From Janthinobacterium lividum (GTDB taxonomy: Bacteria > Pseudomonadota > Gammaproteobacteria > Burkholderiales > Burkholderiaceae), in assembly GCA_050955105.1 (NCBI GenBank), contig JBPBQZ010000002.1, positions 3,206 to 67,205 on the forward strand: a DNA stretch of 64,000 bases, read 5' to 3'. The position numbers and the translations under genes were made by a program. Below, piece after piece: positions 42,172 to 51,311 of the stretch. Each line of letters begins with the position of its first letter. Position 1 is the stretch's first letter. The notes under the pieces were generated by a model. The model searched no databases and was not told the DNA's origin. It was given only the letters and a program-made list of their open reading frames with translations.

Positions 42172-43134
42172 ATGACTGACACCCGTTTTTCCTGCTCCGC
42201 GTTCATCAAGGAAATCGGCCGCGGCGCGAATGGCGCACGCGCGCTGTCGCGCGCCGACGCCCAGGCACTGTATTCGGCAATGCTCGATGGCCGCGTCGGC
42301 GACGTCGAACTCGGTGCCGTGCTCATGGCGTATCGCATAAAAGGCGAAACTGCGGAAGAACTGGCCGGCATGTTGAGCGCCGCACAGGCAACGCTCGAGC
42401 CGATTCAGCTACCGGCCGACAGCTCGCTGCCGGTGGTCATTCCCAGCTACAACGGCGCGCGCAAACAGGCGAATCTAGTGCCGCTGCTGGCCTCGATGCT
42501 CGCGCGCGAAGGCATCCCGGTGCTGGTGCACGGCGTCACCACCGATCCGGGACGCGTCACCAGCGCCGAAATCTTTGCACAACTCGGGGTTCAGCCGGCC
42601 ACGTCGATGCCCGAGATCACCGACTCGCTGGCACGTACACGACTCGCGTTCGCGCCGATTGAAGTGCTGTCAGCACCGCTCGCACGCCTGCTGGCATTGC
42701 GGCGAACCATGGGCGTGCGCAACTCCACGCATACTTTGGTCAAGCTGTTGCAGCCGTTCCGCGGCGCCGCGCTGCGGCTGGTCAACTACACGCATCCGCC
42801 GTATCGGGAAGCGCTGCTGTCGCTCTTCGAACGCTTCCCCGACGAGCCGGTGGGTGCGCTGCTGGCGCGCGGCACCGAAGGCGAGGCAGTGGCCGATACG
42901 CGCCGCCAGGTGCAGGTAGATTGGGTGCGTTCGGGCGGCGCCGAAATCCTCACCGCCGCATCGCGACGCCCGGCCGATGCGCCGGAAATCGAGCTGCCGA
43001 CGGCGCGCGACGCGGGTCCTACGGCGAGCTGGATCAACGACGCGCTCGATGAACGCGTGGCAACTCCCGAAGCTCTGGTGCTGCAGGTCCGCATGATTCG
43101 CGAAGTACTGGAGCGCGCCGCCGCCCGGCATTGA
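42172..43134 (+). CDS. TrpD2/YbiB-like protein (anthranilate phosphoribosyltransferase-fold, glycosyl transferase family 3)
   Basis: The ATG at 42172 gives FIKEIGRGANGARALSRADAQALYSAMLDGRVGDVELGAVLMAYRIKGETAEELAGM, the helical N-domain of the family. The protein is ~320 aa and has no trp gene context. Confidence 0.75.
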   Translation: MTDTRFSCSAFIKEIGRGANGARALSRADAQALYSAMLDGRVGDVELGAVLMAYRIKGETAEELAGMLSAAQATLEPIQLPADSSLPVVIPSYNGARKQANLVPLLASMLAREGIPVLVHGVTTDPGRVTSAEIFAQLGVQPATSMPEITDSLARTRLAFAPIEVLSAPLARLLALRRTMGVRNSTHTLVKLLQPFRGAALRLVNYTHPPYREALLSLFERFPDEPVGALLARGTEGEAVADTRRQVQVDWVRSGGAEILTAASRRPADAPEIELPTARDAGPTASWINDALDERVATPEALVLQVRMIREVLERAAARH

Positions 43135-43211
43135 CGTTTCTCTCGAGCGAGGTCGGCCACGCACTGCAGCATTTGCTTACATTGTGACGTCCGATTTAGC
43201 GCCGACAGCGT

Positions 43212-43240
43212 TTGACAAGCCTTATTTCGCCATCTATATT
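43212..43240 (+). promoter_or_regulatory. Near-consensus sigma70-type promoter (TTGACA-17 nt-TATATT) upstream of leuA
   Basis: TTGACA lies at 43212-43217, the spacer is 17 nt, and TATATT lies at 43235-43240. Confidence 0.5.
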
Positions 43241-43247
43241 CAGACGC

Positions 43248-43319
43248 ATGCCTTACATCTGTTTTCCCGCCCTTCTTGATGCGCGACTATCGCGGTCGCT
43301 ACGCCTGGCTCTAGCCTAG
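43248..43319 (+). CDS. Candidate leuA leader peptide (23 aa, MPYICFPALLDARLSRSLRLALA)
   Basis: The ATG lies 7 nt after the -10 element. Six of 23 codons are Leu, using CTT, CTT, CTA, CTA, CTG and CTA. There is no SD. This is a hypothesis only. Confidence 0.3.
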   Translation: MPYICFPALLDARLSRSLRLALA

Positions 43320-43630
43320 GCATTTGCCGGCGCGCTCGTTCAGCCGCGCTATCGAGCGAAACTGCTCACCTTTTCTTCCGTAGTACGAGTTCCCGAAAGT
43401 TCACTGCATGATTTTCTTGCGCGTCGTCATCGATGGCACGTGAGCCGGAAAAATCTCGATGCAAATCGCCTTCGTTTTACCTTCCATCGTCGCCGGTTCG
43501 CTGGTGTTCAGCATGATGTATTCGCGCGCTCGTGCCCTGCTACCGCTAAAGATCGGTCGCCGGGCCACGATCTTGGCAGCCCGTCGGCCAACCTCGCCAT
43601 ATTCTTCAGATCAATTCAGCGAGAACCGAA

Positions 43631-45394
43631 ATGCGCGCTTTTCCCAACGACAAATACCCCCCCGCCGCTAGCATTCCTTTACAGGGCCGCCGCTGGCCCG
43701 GCAAAACCATCGACCGCTCTCCCATCTGGATGAGCACCGACCTGCGCGACGGCAATCAGTCGTTGATCGACCCGATGAGCGGCGCTACCAAGCTCGAGTT
43801 TTTCGAGATGCTGGTGCGCATCGGGTTCAAGCAGATCGAGGTCGGATTCCCCGCCGCCTCGCAAGTAGATTTCGATTTCGTCCGCAAATTGGTCGTCGAA
43901 CACCGTATTCCGGACGACGTCACCATCGAAGTAATCACTCAATCCCGTGAAGACCTGATCGACCGAACCTTCGAAGCGCTGGAAGGCGCGCCGCGGGCAA
44001 TCGTGCATCTGTACAACGCCATCGCGCCATCGTTCCGGCGCATCGTGTTTGGCGAAAGCCGCGAGACCGTCAAGGCACTCGCGGTCGACGGCACCCGCAT
44101 GATTCGCGAACGCGCCAGACGCCGCCCCGAAACCGCCTGGACTTACCAGTATTCGCCGGAAACCTTCAGCATGACCGAGCTTGAGTTCTCGCTCGAAGTC
44201 TGCGACGCGGTGGCGCAGGTGTGGCAGCCGACGCGCGCCGACAAGATGATCGTCAACCTGCCGGCCACGGTGGAATCGGCAACCCCGAACGTTTTCGCCG
44301 ATCAGGTGGAGTGGATGCATCGGCACCTCGCCTATCGCGACAGCATCGTCTTGTCGGTGCACCCGCATAACGATCGTGGCACGGCGGTGGCCGCCGCCGA
44401 GTTGGCCGTCATGGCCGGCGCGGACCGTATCGAAGGCTGCCTGTTCGGCAATGGCGAACGTACTGGCAACGTCGATCTGGTCACATTGGCGCTGAACCTT
44501 TACACGCAAGGCATCGACCCCGGTCTCGATTTCTCGGATATCGATGAAGTCAAACGGGTGGTTGAGCGCTGCAACCGGCTGCCGGTGCATCCGCGCCATC
44601 CGTATGCAGGCGAACTGGTCTATACGGCATTTTCAGGATCGCACCAGGATGCGATTCGCAAAGGCTTCGCCTTACAGCGCGATGACGCGCCTTGGGAAGT
44701 GCCTTACTTGCCGATGGATCCCAAGGATGTGGGGCGCAGCTACGAGGCCGTGATCCGCGTGAACAGCCAATCCGGCAAAGGTGGGACTACCTATCTGCTC
44801 GAACGCGGGCTCGGCATGACGCCGCCGCGACGGCTGCAGATAGACTTCTCGCGCATTGTGCAAGGCGCGGCCGACACATCCGGTGTCGAAATCGACGCGG
44901 ATGAAATTCTCGAGCTTTTCCAAAGCGAATATTTCGACGTAGCCGGCGACACGGCGATGGAATGCACGCCCGACGGCGAGTTGCGCGTCACACACCGCGG
45001 TGAAGTGGCGCGCATCGCGGCGAGCGTCGGCCCGGCAAGTAGCGCAAGCAGCCAGGACGGGAGCCCCACCGACGCCTCGGTCGAGCAGATCCTGGATCAG
45101 GTTGCCGCGGCGCTGTCGCGCATGGCCGGTGTACGCGTGTCAGTGGTCGAGCGCTCGCACCATGCGCTGCGAGATGGGCGTAGCGCATGGTGCGTGCTCG
45201 CCCAAACGGCGGAAGGTGCGGCGTGTTACGGCATCGCAGCGAGCGCGGCGGACAGCGCCTCCGCGCGCGGAGGCAATGCCGACGATTGGACAGCGGCCAC
45301 CGCAGTGCGGGCGTTGATCAGCGCCTGCAATCGGCGCTTCGCCCATCTTGGCGCGGCGGCAACCAGCGAGGCCGAAGCGATTATCCCAGCCTGA
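43631..45394 (+). CDS. leuA: 2-isopropylmalate synthase, long (LeuA type 2) form
   Basis: The protein has [25 protein letters not shown] and [47 protein letters not shown], plus a C-terminal regulatory domain. Confidence 0.9.
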   Translation: MRAFPNDKYPPAASIPLQGRRWPGKTIDRSPIWMSTDLRDGNQSLIDPMSGATKLEFFEMLVRIGFKQIEVGFPAASQVDFDFVRKLVVEHRIPDDVTIEVITQSREDLIDRTFEALEGAPRAIVHLYNAIAPSFRRIVFGESRETVKALAVDGTRMIRERARRRPETAWTYQYSPETFSMTELEFSLEVCDAVAQVWQPTRADKMIVNLPATVESATPNVFADQVEWMHRHLAYRDSIVLSVHPHNDRGTAVAAAELAVMAGADRIEGCLFGNGERTGNVDLVTLALNLYTQGIDPGLDFSDIDEVKRVVERCNRLPVHPRHPYAGELVYTAFSGSHQDAIRKGFALQRDDAPWEVPYLPMDPKDVGRSYEAVIRVNSQSGKGGTTYLLERGLGMTPPRRLQIDFSRIVQGAADTSGVEIDADEILELFQSEYFDVAGDTAMECTPDGELRVTHRGEVARIAASVGPASSASSQDGSPTDASVEQILDQVAAALSRMAGVRVSVVERSHHALRDGRSAWCVLAQTAEGAACYGIAASAADSASARGGNADDWTAATAVRALISACNRRFAHLGAAATSEAEAIIPA

Positions 45395-45416
45395 TCGGCC
45401 CGCCAGCAAAACAAGC

Positions 45417-45445
45417 CAGGCCGCCGGGTAACACACGGCGGCCTG
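45417..45445 (+). terminator. Stem-loop after leuA
   Basis: The 10-bp perfect stem CAGGCCGCCG-ggtaacaca-CGGCGGCCTG is followed by CGGAACTTTT. Confidence 0.6.
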
Positions 45446-45604
45446 CGGAACTTTTCCCCACAGAAACTATCGAATGTGCATATCGATAGCACCCCGCCCG
45501 CCGCAATTCACAAAACGAATATCCGCGAACGCTACAAGGTTTTAGCAGTCGCTATGGCAGAGTGCTAATATTGCACAGCAGCAGTTTTTAACCGAGGAAC
45601 GAAC

Positions 45605-46531
45605 TTGACCACAGCCCTTTCAGTAGCTACCCCCCTTCGCCGGACTCCCGCGCGCACGGGCGCGCTTGCGCTGAACATGGCCGGGTTGATCCCAGGACAC
45701 GCGGGCAATATTGACGCCTATATCCAGTCGGTCAATCGCGTGCCGATGTTGACCGCGGGCGAGGAACGCCGTTTGGCGACCGCCTTTCGCACCGAAGACG
45801 ATCTGGACGCCGCGCGCCAGTTGGTGATGTCGCATTTGCGCCTGGTGGTGTCGATCGCGCGCCAGTATCTGGGCTACGGCCTGCCGCATGCCGATCTGAT
45901 TCAGGAAGGCAATATCGGCCTGATGAAGGCCGTCAAGCGCTTCGATCCCGATCAAAACGTGCGGCTCGTGTCGTACGCCATGCACTGGATCAAGGCGGAG
46001 ATCCACGAATACGTGCTGCGCAACTGGCGCATGGTAAAAGTCGCCACGACCAAGGCGCAGCGCAAATTGTTTTTTAATCTGCGCAGCCACAAGCAGCGTT
46101 TGCAGGCCTTCACCAGCGACGAAATCGACAATCTGGCGACAGAATTGTCAGTCAAGCGCGAGGAAGTCGCCGAGATGGAAACACGGCTGGCGGGCGGCGA
46201 CATTGCGCTCGAAGGCCAGATCGACGACGGCGAAGAGTCTTACGCGCCCATCGCCTATCTGTCGGATACCCGCCAGGAACCGAGCGAAGTGCTGGCGTCC
46301 CGGCAGTTCGATCGCCTGCAAAGCGACGGCCTGAGCTCCGCGCTGGAAATGCTCGACGAACGTAGCCGCCGCATTATTTCGGCCCGTTGGCTCGAGGTGC
46401 AGGACGACGGTTCGGGCGGTTCCACGCTGCACGATCTGGCCGAAGAGTTCGGCGTCTCGGCCGAGCGTATTCGTCAGATCGAAGTGAGCGCGATGAAAAA
46501 GATGAAGGCCAAGCTGGCCGAGTTCGCGTAA
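45605..46531 (+). CDS. rpoH: RNA polymerase sigma-32 (heat-shock sigma factor)
   Basis: The TTG start has GAGGAA 8 nt upstream, with an alternative ATG at 45677. The protein has NIDAYIQSVNRVPMLTAGEERRLA, the RpoB-box-like QRKLFFNLR and the region 4 HTH STLHDLAEEFGVSAERIRQIE. Confidence 0.93.
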   Translation: MTTALSVATPLRRTPARTGALALNMAGLIPGHAGNIDAYIQSVNRVPMLTAGEERRLATAFRTEDDLDAARQLVMSHLRLVVSIARQYLGYGLPHADLIQEGNIGLMKAVKRFDPDQNVRLVSYAMHWIKAEIHEYVLRNWRMVKVATTKAQRKLFFNLRSHKQRLQAFTSDEIDNLATELSVKREEVAEMETRLAGGDIALEGQIDDGEESYAPIAYLSDTRQEPSEVLASRQFDRLQSDGLSSALEMLDERSRRIISARWLEVQDDGSGGSTLHDLAEEFGVSAERIRQIEVSAMKKMKAKLAEFA

Positions 46532-46535
46532 TGCA

Positions 46536-46570
46536 AGGCCCTGCTCGCACCGTCCGGTGTGGCAGGGCCT
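46536..46570. terminator. Bidirectional hairpin between convergent rpoH and the ParB-like gene
   Basis: The sequence AGGCCCTGC-(17 nt)-GCAGGGCCT has a perfect 9-bp stem. Confidence 0.55.
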
Positions 46571-46577
46571 AGGCGCA

Positions 46578-47669
46578 TTAGTCGTCTATCCGATGTCGTT
46601 GCTTATAGTCGATCATCAAAGCCACGGCGCCTGGGTGCTTGCTGCCGATGCGTCGTGCGAGGTCGCTGAATTTGCCGTGATTCGGCGCTTTGCCGCGATT
46701 GATCGTCGCCTGCTGACCCAGCGCAGCCGGTGCCCAGCTACCGGCAATCGGCGCCCGCGCCGCCACGATCAGCTCGGCGGCAGTCCAGACCGCGTTGAGA
46801 TATCCATCCGCAGCTAATGGCGATTGCTGGCTCAAGCTTCCGAGCCGGTTCAAGGCATAGCGACGTGGATCGAACCCTGTCGCCCGCAGGTAGTCGCCCC
46901 AATAAAATTCGATGAAATCGACCGGTGGCCGCGGATCTTCATAAGCGATGTGACGCGCGAAGAAAACGATGGATCGATAACGGTCATTGCCGAAGCCTCC
47001 CCGTAATCCGACGTGCGCGGGCAGCGCCGTAGCGTCGATCGGCAGATTGTCGGCGTTGCGCAGCCATGCGTGGCCATCCCGCTGCATCCGTCGCCAGAAA
47101 TCGCCGGTTGCCAGGCTGCTGTAGTTCGCCGTCACGAGCACGTGAATCTGCAAGTCGAGGCCCCCGTCCGGCAGTTCCGCGTAAGCAGACATCGTGTGGT
47201 GGCCATCTGTCAGATACAGGTTGCCGCCCGGGCCAACTACCACCGGTCGCAACTTGTCGCGTTCCAGGGTGCCCGCCAGCCGACAACGAAAACTCTGCGG
47301 CTCGGATAGCTTTGCCGTCGGCGCAAGCGGCATCGGCAGAATGCCGCCGCGGCCATCATCTTCGCAGTAGCTGTCGAAGCGTAAGCGCGGGTCGCGCTCG
47401 AAGCGATCCAGTCGATAGTAGACCTCGTCGTATCCCAGCGCGCCCTGCGTCGGATGCAGGTCGCGCAAGCGCACTTTCAGCACATCGCCGGCCCGCGCAT
47501 TCGTCAACAACTGTTGCACGCCGTCAGTCGTTATTTCCGCGTCCGAGCCGGCCGTCCAATTGGGTCGGGTCCGCGCCACGGGCGCATCGCGACGGCCATC
47601 GCCACACGCGGATAAAGACAACAGCGCGCACAGGACGAAGGCCTGCAACGCGTATTTCGAGAACCTCAT
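46578..47669 (-). CDS. Lipoprotein with ParB-like nuclease-type domain (ParBc_2-like)
   Basis: The ATG at 47669 has GGAG upstream. The lipobox is LLSLSACG. LRDLHPTQGALGYDEV and LYLTDGHHT resemble the ParB/Srx-fold motifs of the 'putative ParB-like nuclease' family. The protein is 363 aa. Confidence 0.7.
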   Translation of the reverse strand: MRFSKYALQAFVLCALLSLSACGDGRRDAPVARTRPNWTAGSDAEITTDGVQQLLTNARAGDVLKVRLRDLHPTQGALGYDEVYYRLDRFERDPRLRFDSYCEDDGRGGILPMPLAPTAKLSEPQSFRCRLAGTLERDKLRPVVVGPGGNLYLTDGHHTMSAYAELPDGGLDLQIHVLVTANYSSLATGDFWRRMQRDGHAWLRNADNLPIDATALPAHVGLRGGFGNDRYRSIVFFARHIAYEDPRPPVDFIEFYWGDYLRATGFDPRRYALNRLGSLSQQSPLAADGYLNAVWTAAELIVAARAPIAGSWAPAALGQQATINRGKAPNHGKFSDLARRIGSKHPGAVALMIDYKQRHRIDD

Positions 47670-48008
47670 CGCATCTCCGTCGAACGCCGCGGCGCTTCCA
47701 CAGAGGGACCGCACACGGACGTCATGGTTAAAGAGTCGCGGCTGCGTCGGTGTGTCGGCGCAACTCGCCTCCGTCAGTGCCAAGCGGTCTCGATGGGTTT
47801 CCGGCGGCCAGCGCCGGATTGCGCCGCGCGCGAAACCTTCGCGGCGCTGCGTCAAAACGGCGCACAAATGCGCGTTCAGCTCGCATTCGAGGCTTGTAGG
47901 ACCTCTATCGCGGCGCTTTGTCGCATCGCAGCATCAACTATCGACTTAAGTGCGCTCTTAGAATGTCGCAACACCTCCGATCGGCAACCTGAAGACATCT
48001 CAATACCG

Positions 48009-48305
48009 GTGAAAACGTGCGCAAGAATCCGCGGCGCTAGCCGAGAAACCGCTAGCCGGCACAGCCCGCGCCGGCTTCTCGAAGCGTGGCCTTGGCAGCG
48101 CAAATATCGTCTGACAATCGAGATTTGCGCAGTGGTCCTGATCAAATTGGCGCTATTGATGGTGCTTCGCCATTGCTTGTTCGACGCACCTGCTGCACCC
48201 GATATGCGGATGGCCCCGGCCGATGTCGCGCAGGCCTTGTTATCGAATCCGGCGTCCGTCCCCGCTCTTGTTTCGCCGCGCCCCGTGTCCGGCACAAAAG
48301 GTTGA
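48009..48305 (+). CDS. CydP-like small membrane protein upstream of cydA (start codon uncertain)
   Basis: This is the last ~60-98 codons of track ORF 47724..48305. A single TMS (LTIEICAVVLIKLALLMVLRHCLF) follows a basic stretch. The stop overlaps the cydA ATG (TGATG). There is no in-frame ATG; GTG 48009 is the nearest conventional start upstream of the TMS. Confidence 0.45.
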   Translation: MKTCARIRGASRETASRHSPRRLLEAWPWQRKYRLTIEICAVVLIKLALLMVLRHCLFDAPAAPDMRMAPADVAQALLSNPASVPALVSPRPVSGTKG

Positions 48306-49969
48306 TGTCCATGCCCACCCCAGACGTCGTAGAACTCTCTCGACTGCAATTCGGAATCACCGCGCTGTATCACTTCCTGTTCGTGCCGCTCACCCTCGGC
48401 CTGTCGTGGATATTGGTGATCATGGAAGCGGTCTATGTGATCACCGGCAAGCGCGTCTACCGGGACATGACGCAATTCTGGGGCAAGCTGTTCGGCATCA
48501 ATTTTGCGATGGGCGTGGCCACGGGACTAACGCTGGAGTTCCAGTTCGGCACCAATTGGTCCTACTACTCACACTACGTCGGCGACATCTTCGGCGTGCC
48601 GCTAGCCATCGAAGGCATGATGGCCTTTTTCCTCGAATCGACCTTCGTCGGCCTGTTCTTCTTCGGCTGGTCGCGCCTCTCGCGCGGCAAGCATCTGCTG
48701 GTGACCTGTCTGGTTGCGGTCGGCTCGAACCTGTCCGCGCTATGGATCCTGGTGGCGAACGCCTGGATGAACAATCCGGTCGGCGCTAGCTTCAACTATC
48801 AGACGATGCGCATGGAACTCACCGACATGGCGGCGGTGTTCTTCAATCCGGTAGCGCAAGTGAAATTCGTCCACACGGTATCGGCAGGCTACGTCACCGC
48901 GGCCATGTTCGTGCTCGGCATATCGAGTTGGTATCTGCTCAAGAAGCGTGATGTCGACTTCGCGCTGCGCTCCTTCGTGATCGCCGCAGGCTTCGGGCTT
49001 GCGTCGGTGTTATGCGTCATCGTGCTCGGCGACGAATCCGGCTATACCACCGGCGAAGTGCAGAAGGCCAAGCTGGCGGCAATGGAAGCCCAATGGGAAA
49101 CGGCCAAGCCGCCGGCGTCCTTCACGCTGTTCGGCTTGCCCGACCAGCAAGCTCAGCGTACCGATCACGCAATCAAAATTCCCTACGCGCTAGGCCTGAT
49201 CGCCACGCGCTCGGTCGATGCGCCGGTGGAGGGTTTGAAGGACATCATCGTGGGCTATCAATCGCGCATCCGCAGCGGCATGATCGCCTACGCCGCACTA
49301 CGGCAGTTGCGCGACGGCGATACCTCCGCAAGCGCGCGTCAGACCTTCGCCGCACACCAGGCAGACCTGGGCTTCGGCTTGCTGCTCAAGCGCTATGCAC
49401 CAGACGTCGTCGACGCCACGCCCGCGCAGATCGCCCAAGCCGCGCGCGATGCGATCCCACGGGTGGCCGTAGTGTTCTGGTCGTTTCGACTGATGGTGGC
49501 ACTGGGCATCAGCTTCCTGCTGATTTTTCTCACGGCGTTCTATCTGAGCGCCAAACGACGCATCCTCGCGCCGCGCAGCCGCTGGCTGCTGCGGCTTGCG
49601 GTCTGGGCCATCCCCCTGCCGTGGCTTGCCGCTGAACTAGGATGGATCACTGCGGAAGTCGGACGTCAACCGTGGACCATCGCCGGCATCCTGCCGACCT
49701 TCCTGTCGGCATCATCGCTGGCGCCGCGTGACCTGTACTGGAGCCTCGCGGGCTTCGTAGGTTTCTACACCGCGCTGCTGGCCGTCGAACTCACGCTGAT
49801 GATCAAATACGCGCGTCTAGGACCGGCGTCGCTGCATTTGGGCCGCTATCACGGCGAACTTTCGGCTGAGGCGCCGCTCGACGCCGGGCGCCAAGATGCG
49901 CCGCGCGGCGAGCTCCATGGCGGCCCCACATCCAGCCACATCGGCGCATCGGGAGGTCAGCCATCATGA
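48305..49969 (+). CDS. cydA: Cytochrome bd ubiquinol oxidase subunit I
   Basis: The ATG at 48305 gives [33 protein letters not shown]. The protein also has [12 protein letters not shown] and the C-terminal [14 protein letters not shown]. Confidence 0.93.
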   Translation: MSMPTPDVVELSRLQFGITALYHFLFVPLTLGLSWILVIMEAVYVITGKRVYRDMTQFWGKLFGINFAMGVATGLTLEFQFGTNWSYYSHYVGDIFGVPLAIEGMMAFFLESTFVGLFFFGWSRLSRGKHLLVTCLVAVGSNLSALWILVANAWMNNPVGASFNYQTMRMELTDMAAVFFNPVAQVKFVHTVSAGYVTAAMFVLGISSWYLLKKRDVDFALRSFVIAAGFGLASVLCVIVLGDESGYTTGEVQKAKLAAMEAQWETAKPPASFTLFGLPDQQAQRTDHAIKIPYALGLIATRSVDAPVEGLKDIIVGYQSRIRSGMIAYAALRQLRDGDTSASARQTFAAHQADLGFGLLLKRYAPDVVDATPAQIAQAARDAIPRVAVVFWSFRLMVALGISFLLIFLTAFYLSAKRRILAPRSRWLLRLAVWAIPLPWLAAELGWITAEVGRQPWTIAGILPTFLSASSLAPRDLYWSLAGFVGFYTALLAVELTLMIKYARLGPASLHLGRYHGELSAEAPLDAGRQDAPRGELHGGPTSSHIGASGGQPS

Positions 49970-51114
49970 TCGACTACCTCACACTCAAGCTTGTCTGGTG
50001 GGGATTGATCGGCCTGCTGTTGATGGGTTTCGCGCTGACCGACGGCTTCGACATGGGCGTGGGCGCGCTATTGCCGTTGGTCGCGCGTAACGAAGATCAG
50101 CGGCGCATCGTCATCAATACGATCGGACCTACCTGGGAGGGCAATCAGGTGTGGTTCGTCACTGCGGTGGGAGCCATTTTTGCCGCATGGCCGCTGGTCT
50201 ACGCGGCGGCGTTCTCGGCGCTCTATTTTGGTTTGCTGATCGTGCTGTTCGCGTTGTTCCTGCGGCCGGTTGGCTTCGACTACCGCGGCAAGGGTGACCA
50301 TCCGCGCTGGCGCAGCGCCTGGGACTGGGCACTTTGCGCCGGCAGTGGCATCCCTGCGCTCATGTTCGGCGTGGTCTTCGGCAATTTACTGCAGGGCCTG
50401 CCGTTCGCACTCGATGAAGATATGCGCGCCAGCTATCACGGCGGCAGCGCAGGCCTGCTGAACCCGTTCGCGCTGCTTTGCGGCTTGGTCAGCTTGACGA
50501 TGTTGGCGGCGCACGGTGCCGCGTTCCTGAAGATCAAGACCGAAGGCGTGGTAGCACGTCGCGCCGCACGCCTGCTGCGCTGGGCGGCGCTCGGCTGTGT
50601 TGCTTCGTTCCTGCTGGCCGGGGTGCTGATTGCCACGCGCGTCAACGGCTACGCCATCGCCCTGTCGCCGCCACTGTCCCAACTCCAGAATCCGCTGGCT
50701 AAAGAAGTCGTGTCGGGGCCGGGACTCTGGCTATCGAATTACATCGCGCATCCTTGGATGATGCTCGCACCGCTGTTGGCACTCGGCGCCGGCTTGACGG
50801 CAGCCCTGCTCGCCTCGACGGCGCGCCAGTCGTTGCAACGCCTCGGCTTCTTGCTCACCGGCTTGCAGACCGTCGGCATCCTCGCCACCGCAGGTTTCGC
50901 GATGTTTCCGTTCTTATTGCCCTCGTCGATCGATCCGTCGAGCAGCCTCACGGCATGGGATGCCACGTCGAGCCGCCTGACCCTGCAGATCATGCTGTTC
51001 GCGGTCTGCATTTTCCTACCGCTGATTTTGCTTTATACGAGCTGGGTGTATCGAGTGATGCGCGGCAAAGTCACCGCCGAGACGCTCGAGGCGAACCGTC
51101 ATTCAATGTACTAG
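49966..51114 (+). CDS. cydB: Cytochrome bd ubiquinol oxidase subunit II
   Basis: The ATGA start overlaps the cydA stop. The protein has [20 protein letters not shown] and [17 protein letters not shown]. Confidence 0.93.
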   Translation: MIDYLTLKLVWWGLIGLLLMGFALTDGFDMGVGALLPLVARNEDQRRIVINTIGPTWEGNQVWFVTAVGAIFAAWPLVYAAAFSALYFGLLIVLFALFLRPVGFDYRGKGDHPRWRSAWDWALCAGSGIPALMFGVVFGNLLQGLPFALDEDMRASYHGGSAGLLNPFALLCGLVSLTMLAAHGAAFLKIKTEGVVARRAARLLRWAALGCVASFLLAGVLIATRVNGYAIALSPPLSQLQNPLAKEVVSGPGLWLSNYIAHPWMMLAPLLALGAGLTAALLASTARQSLQRLGFLLTGLQTVGILATAGFAMFPFLLPSSIDPSSSLTAWDATSSRLTLQIMLFAVCIFLPLILLYTSWVYRVMRGKVTAETLEANRHSMY

Positions 51115-51124
51115 GAGTAACGAG

Positions 51125-51220
51125 ATGTGGTTTTTTGCATGGATTCTGGGTGTCGGCCTGGCGCTGGCCTGCGGCATCATCAATGCGCTGTGGTTGGAGA
51201 TGCGCGAGACCGGCGTCTGA
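51125..51220 (+). CDS. cydX: Cytochrome bd oxidase small subunit CydX
   Basis: This 31-aa ORF is not in the track. It reads MWFFAWILGVGLALACGIINALWLEMRETGV, begins 11 nt after cydB, and matches the MWYF.WILG...INA.W pattern of CydX/CbdX. Confidence 0.8.
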   Translation: MWFFAWILGVGLALACGIINALWLEMRETGV

Positions 51221-51311
51221 GTGGTGCTCGAGCGGCGGCAATTGGGGCGAGCTTCGAGCGCTGCGGCGCTGGCGAACCGCGCGGCAAGCCTCGCCTGAGA
51301 CAGTCGCGGCG

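Noticed and set aside
43459-43671. 70-aa ORF with a hydrophobic N-terminus (MQIAFVLPSIVAGSLVFSMMY...) overlapping the leuA start.
   Set aside because: It has no SD and runs into the leuA start in another frame. Its hydrophobicity is likely a by-product of the AT-richer leader region. I kept it only as context for the leuA leader hypothesis.
45555-45575. Sigma-54-like TGGCA...TTGCA upstream of rpoH.
   Set aside because: The spacing between the GG and GC dinucleotides is about 5 nt too long for the -24/-12 consensus (TGGCAC-N5-TTGC).
47724-48008. N-terminal half of the 193-aa ORF upstream of cydA.
   Set aside because: The sequence is Arg/Cys-rich and lies in a region whose base composition drops like an intergenic promoter region. 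Only the C-terminal TMS-containing part looks protein-like; that part is reported as CydP-like.
47670-48008. FNR/ANR box (TTGAT-N4-ATCAA) upstream of the cyd operon.
   Set aside because: Only a lone ATCAA half-site is present, near 47933. The partner half-site does not match.
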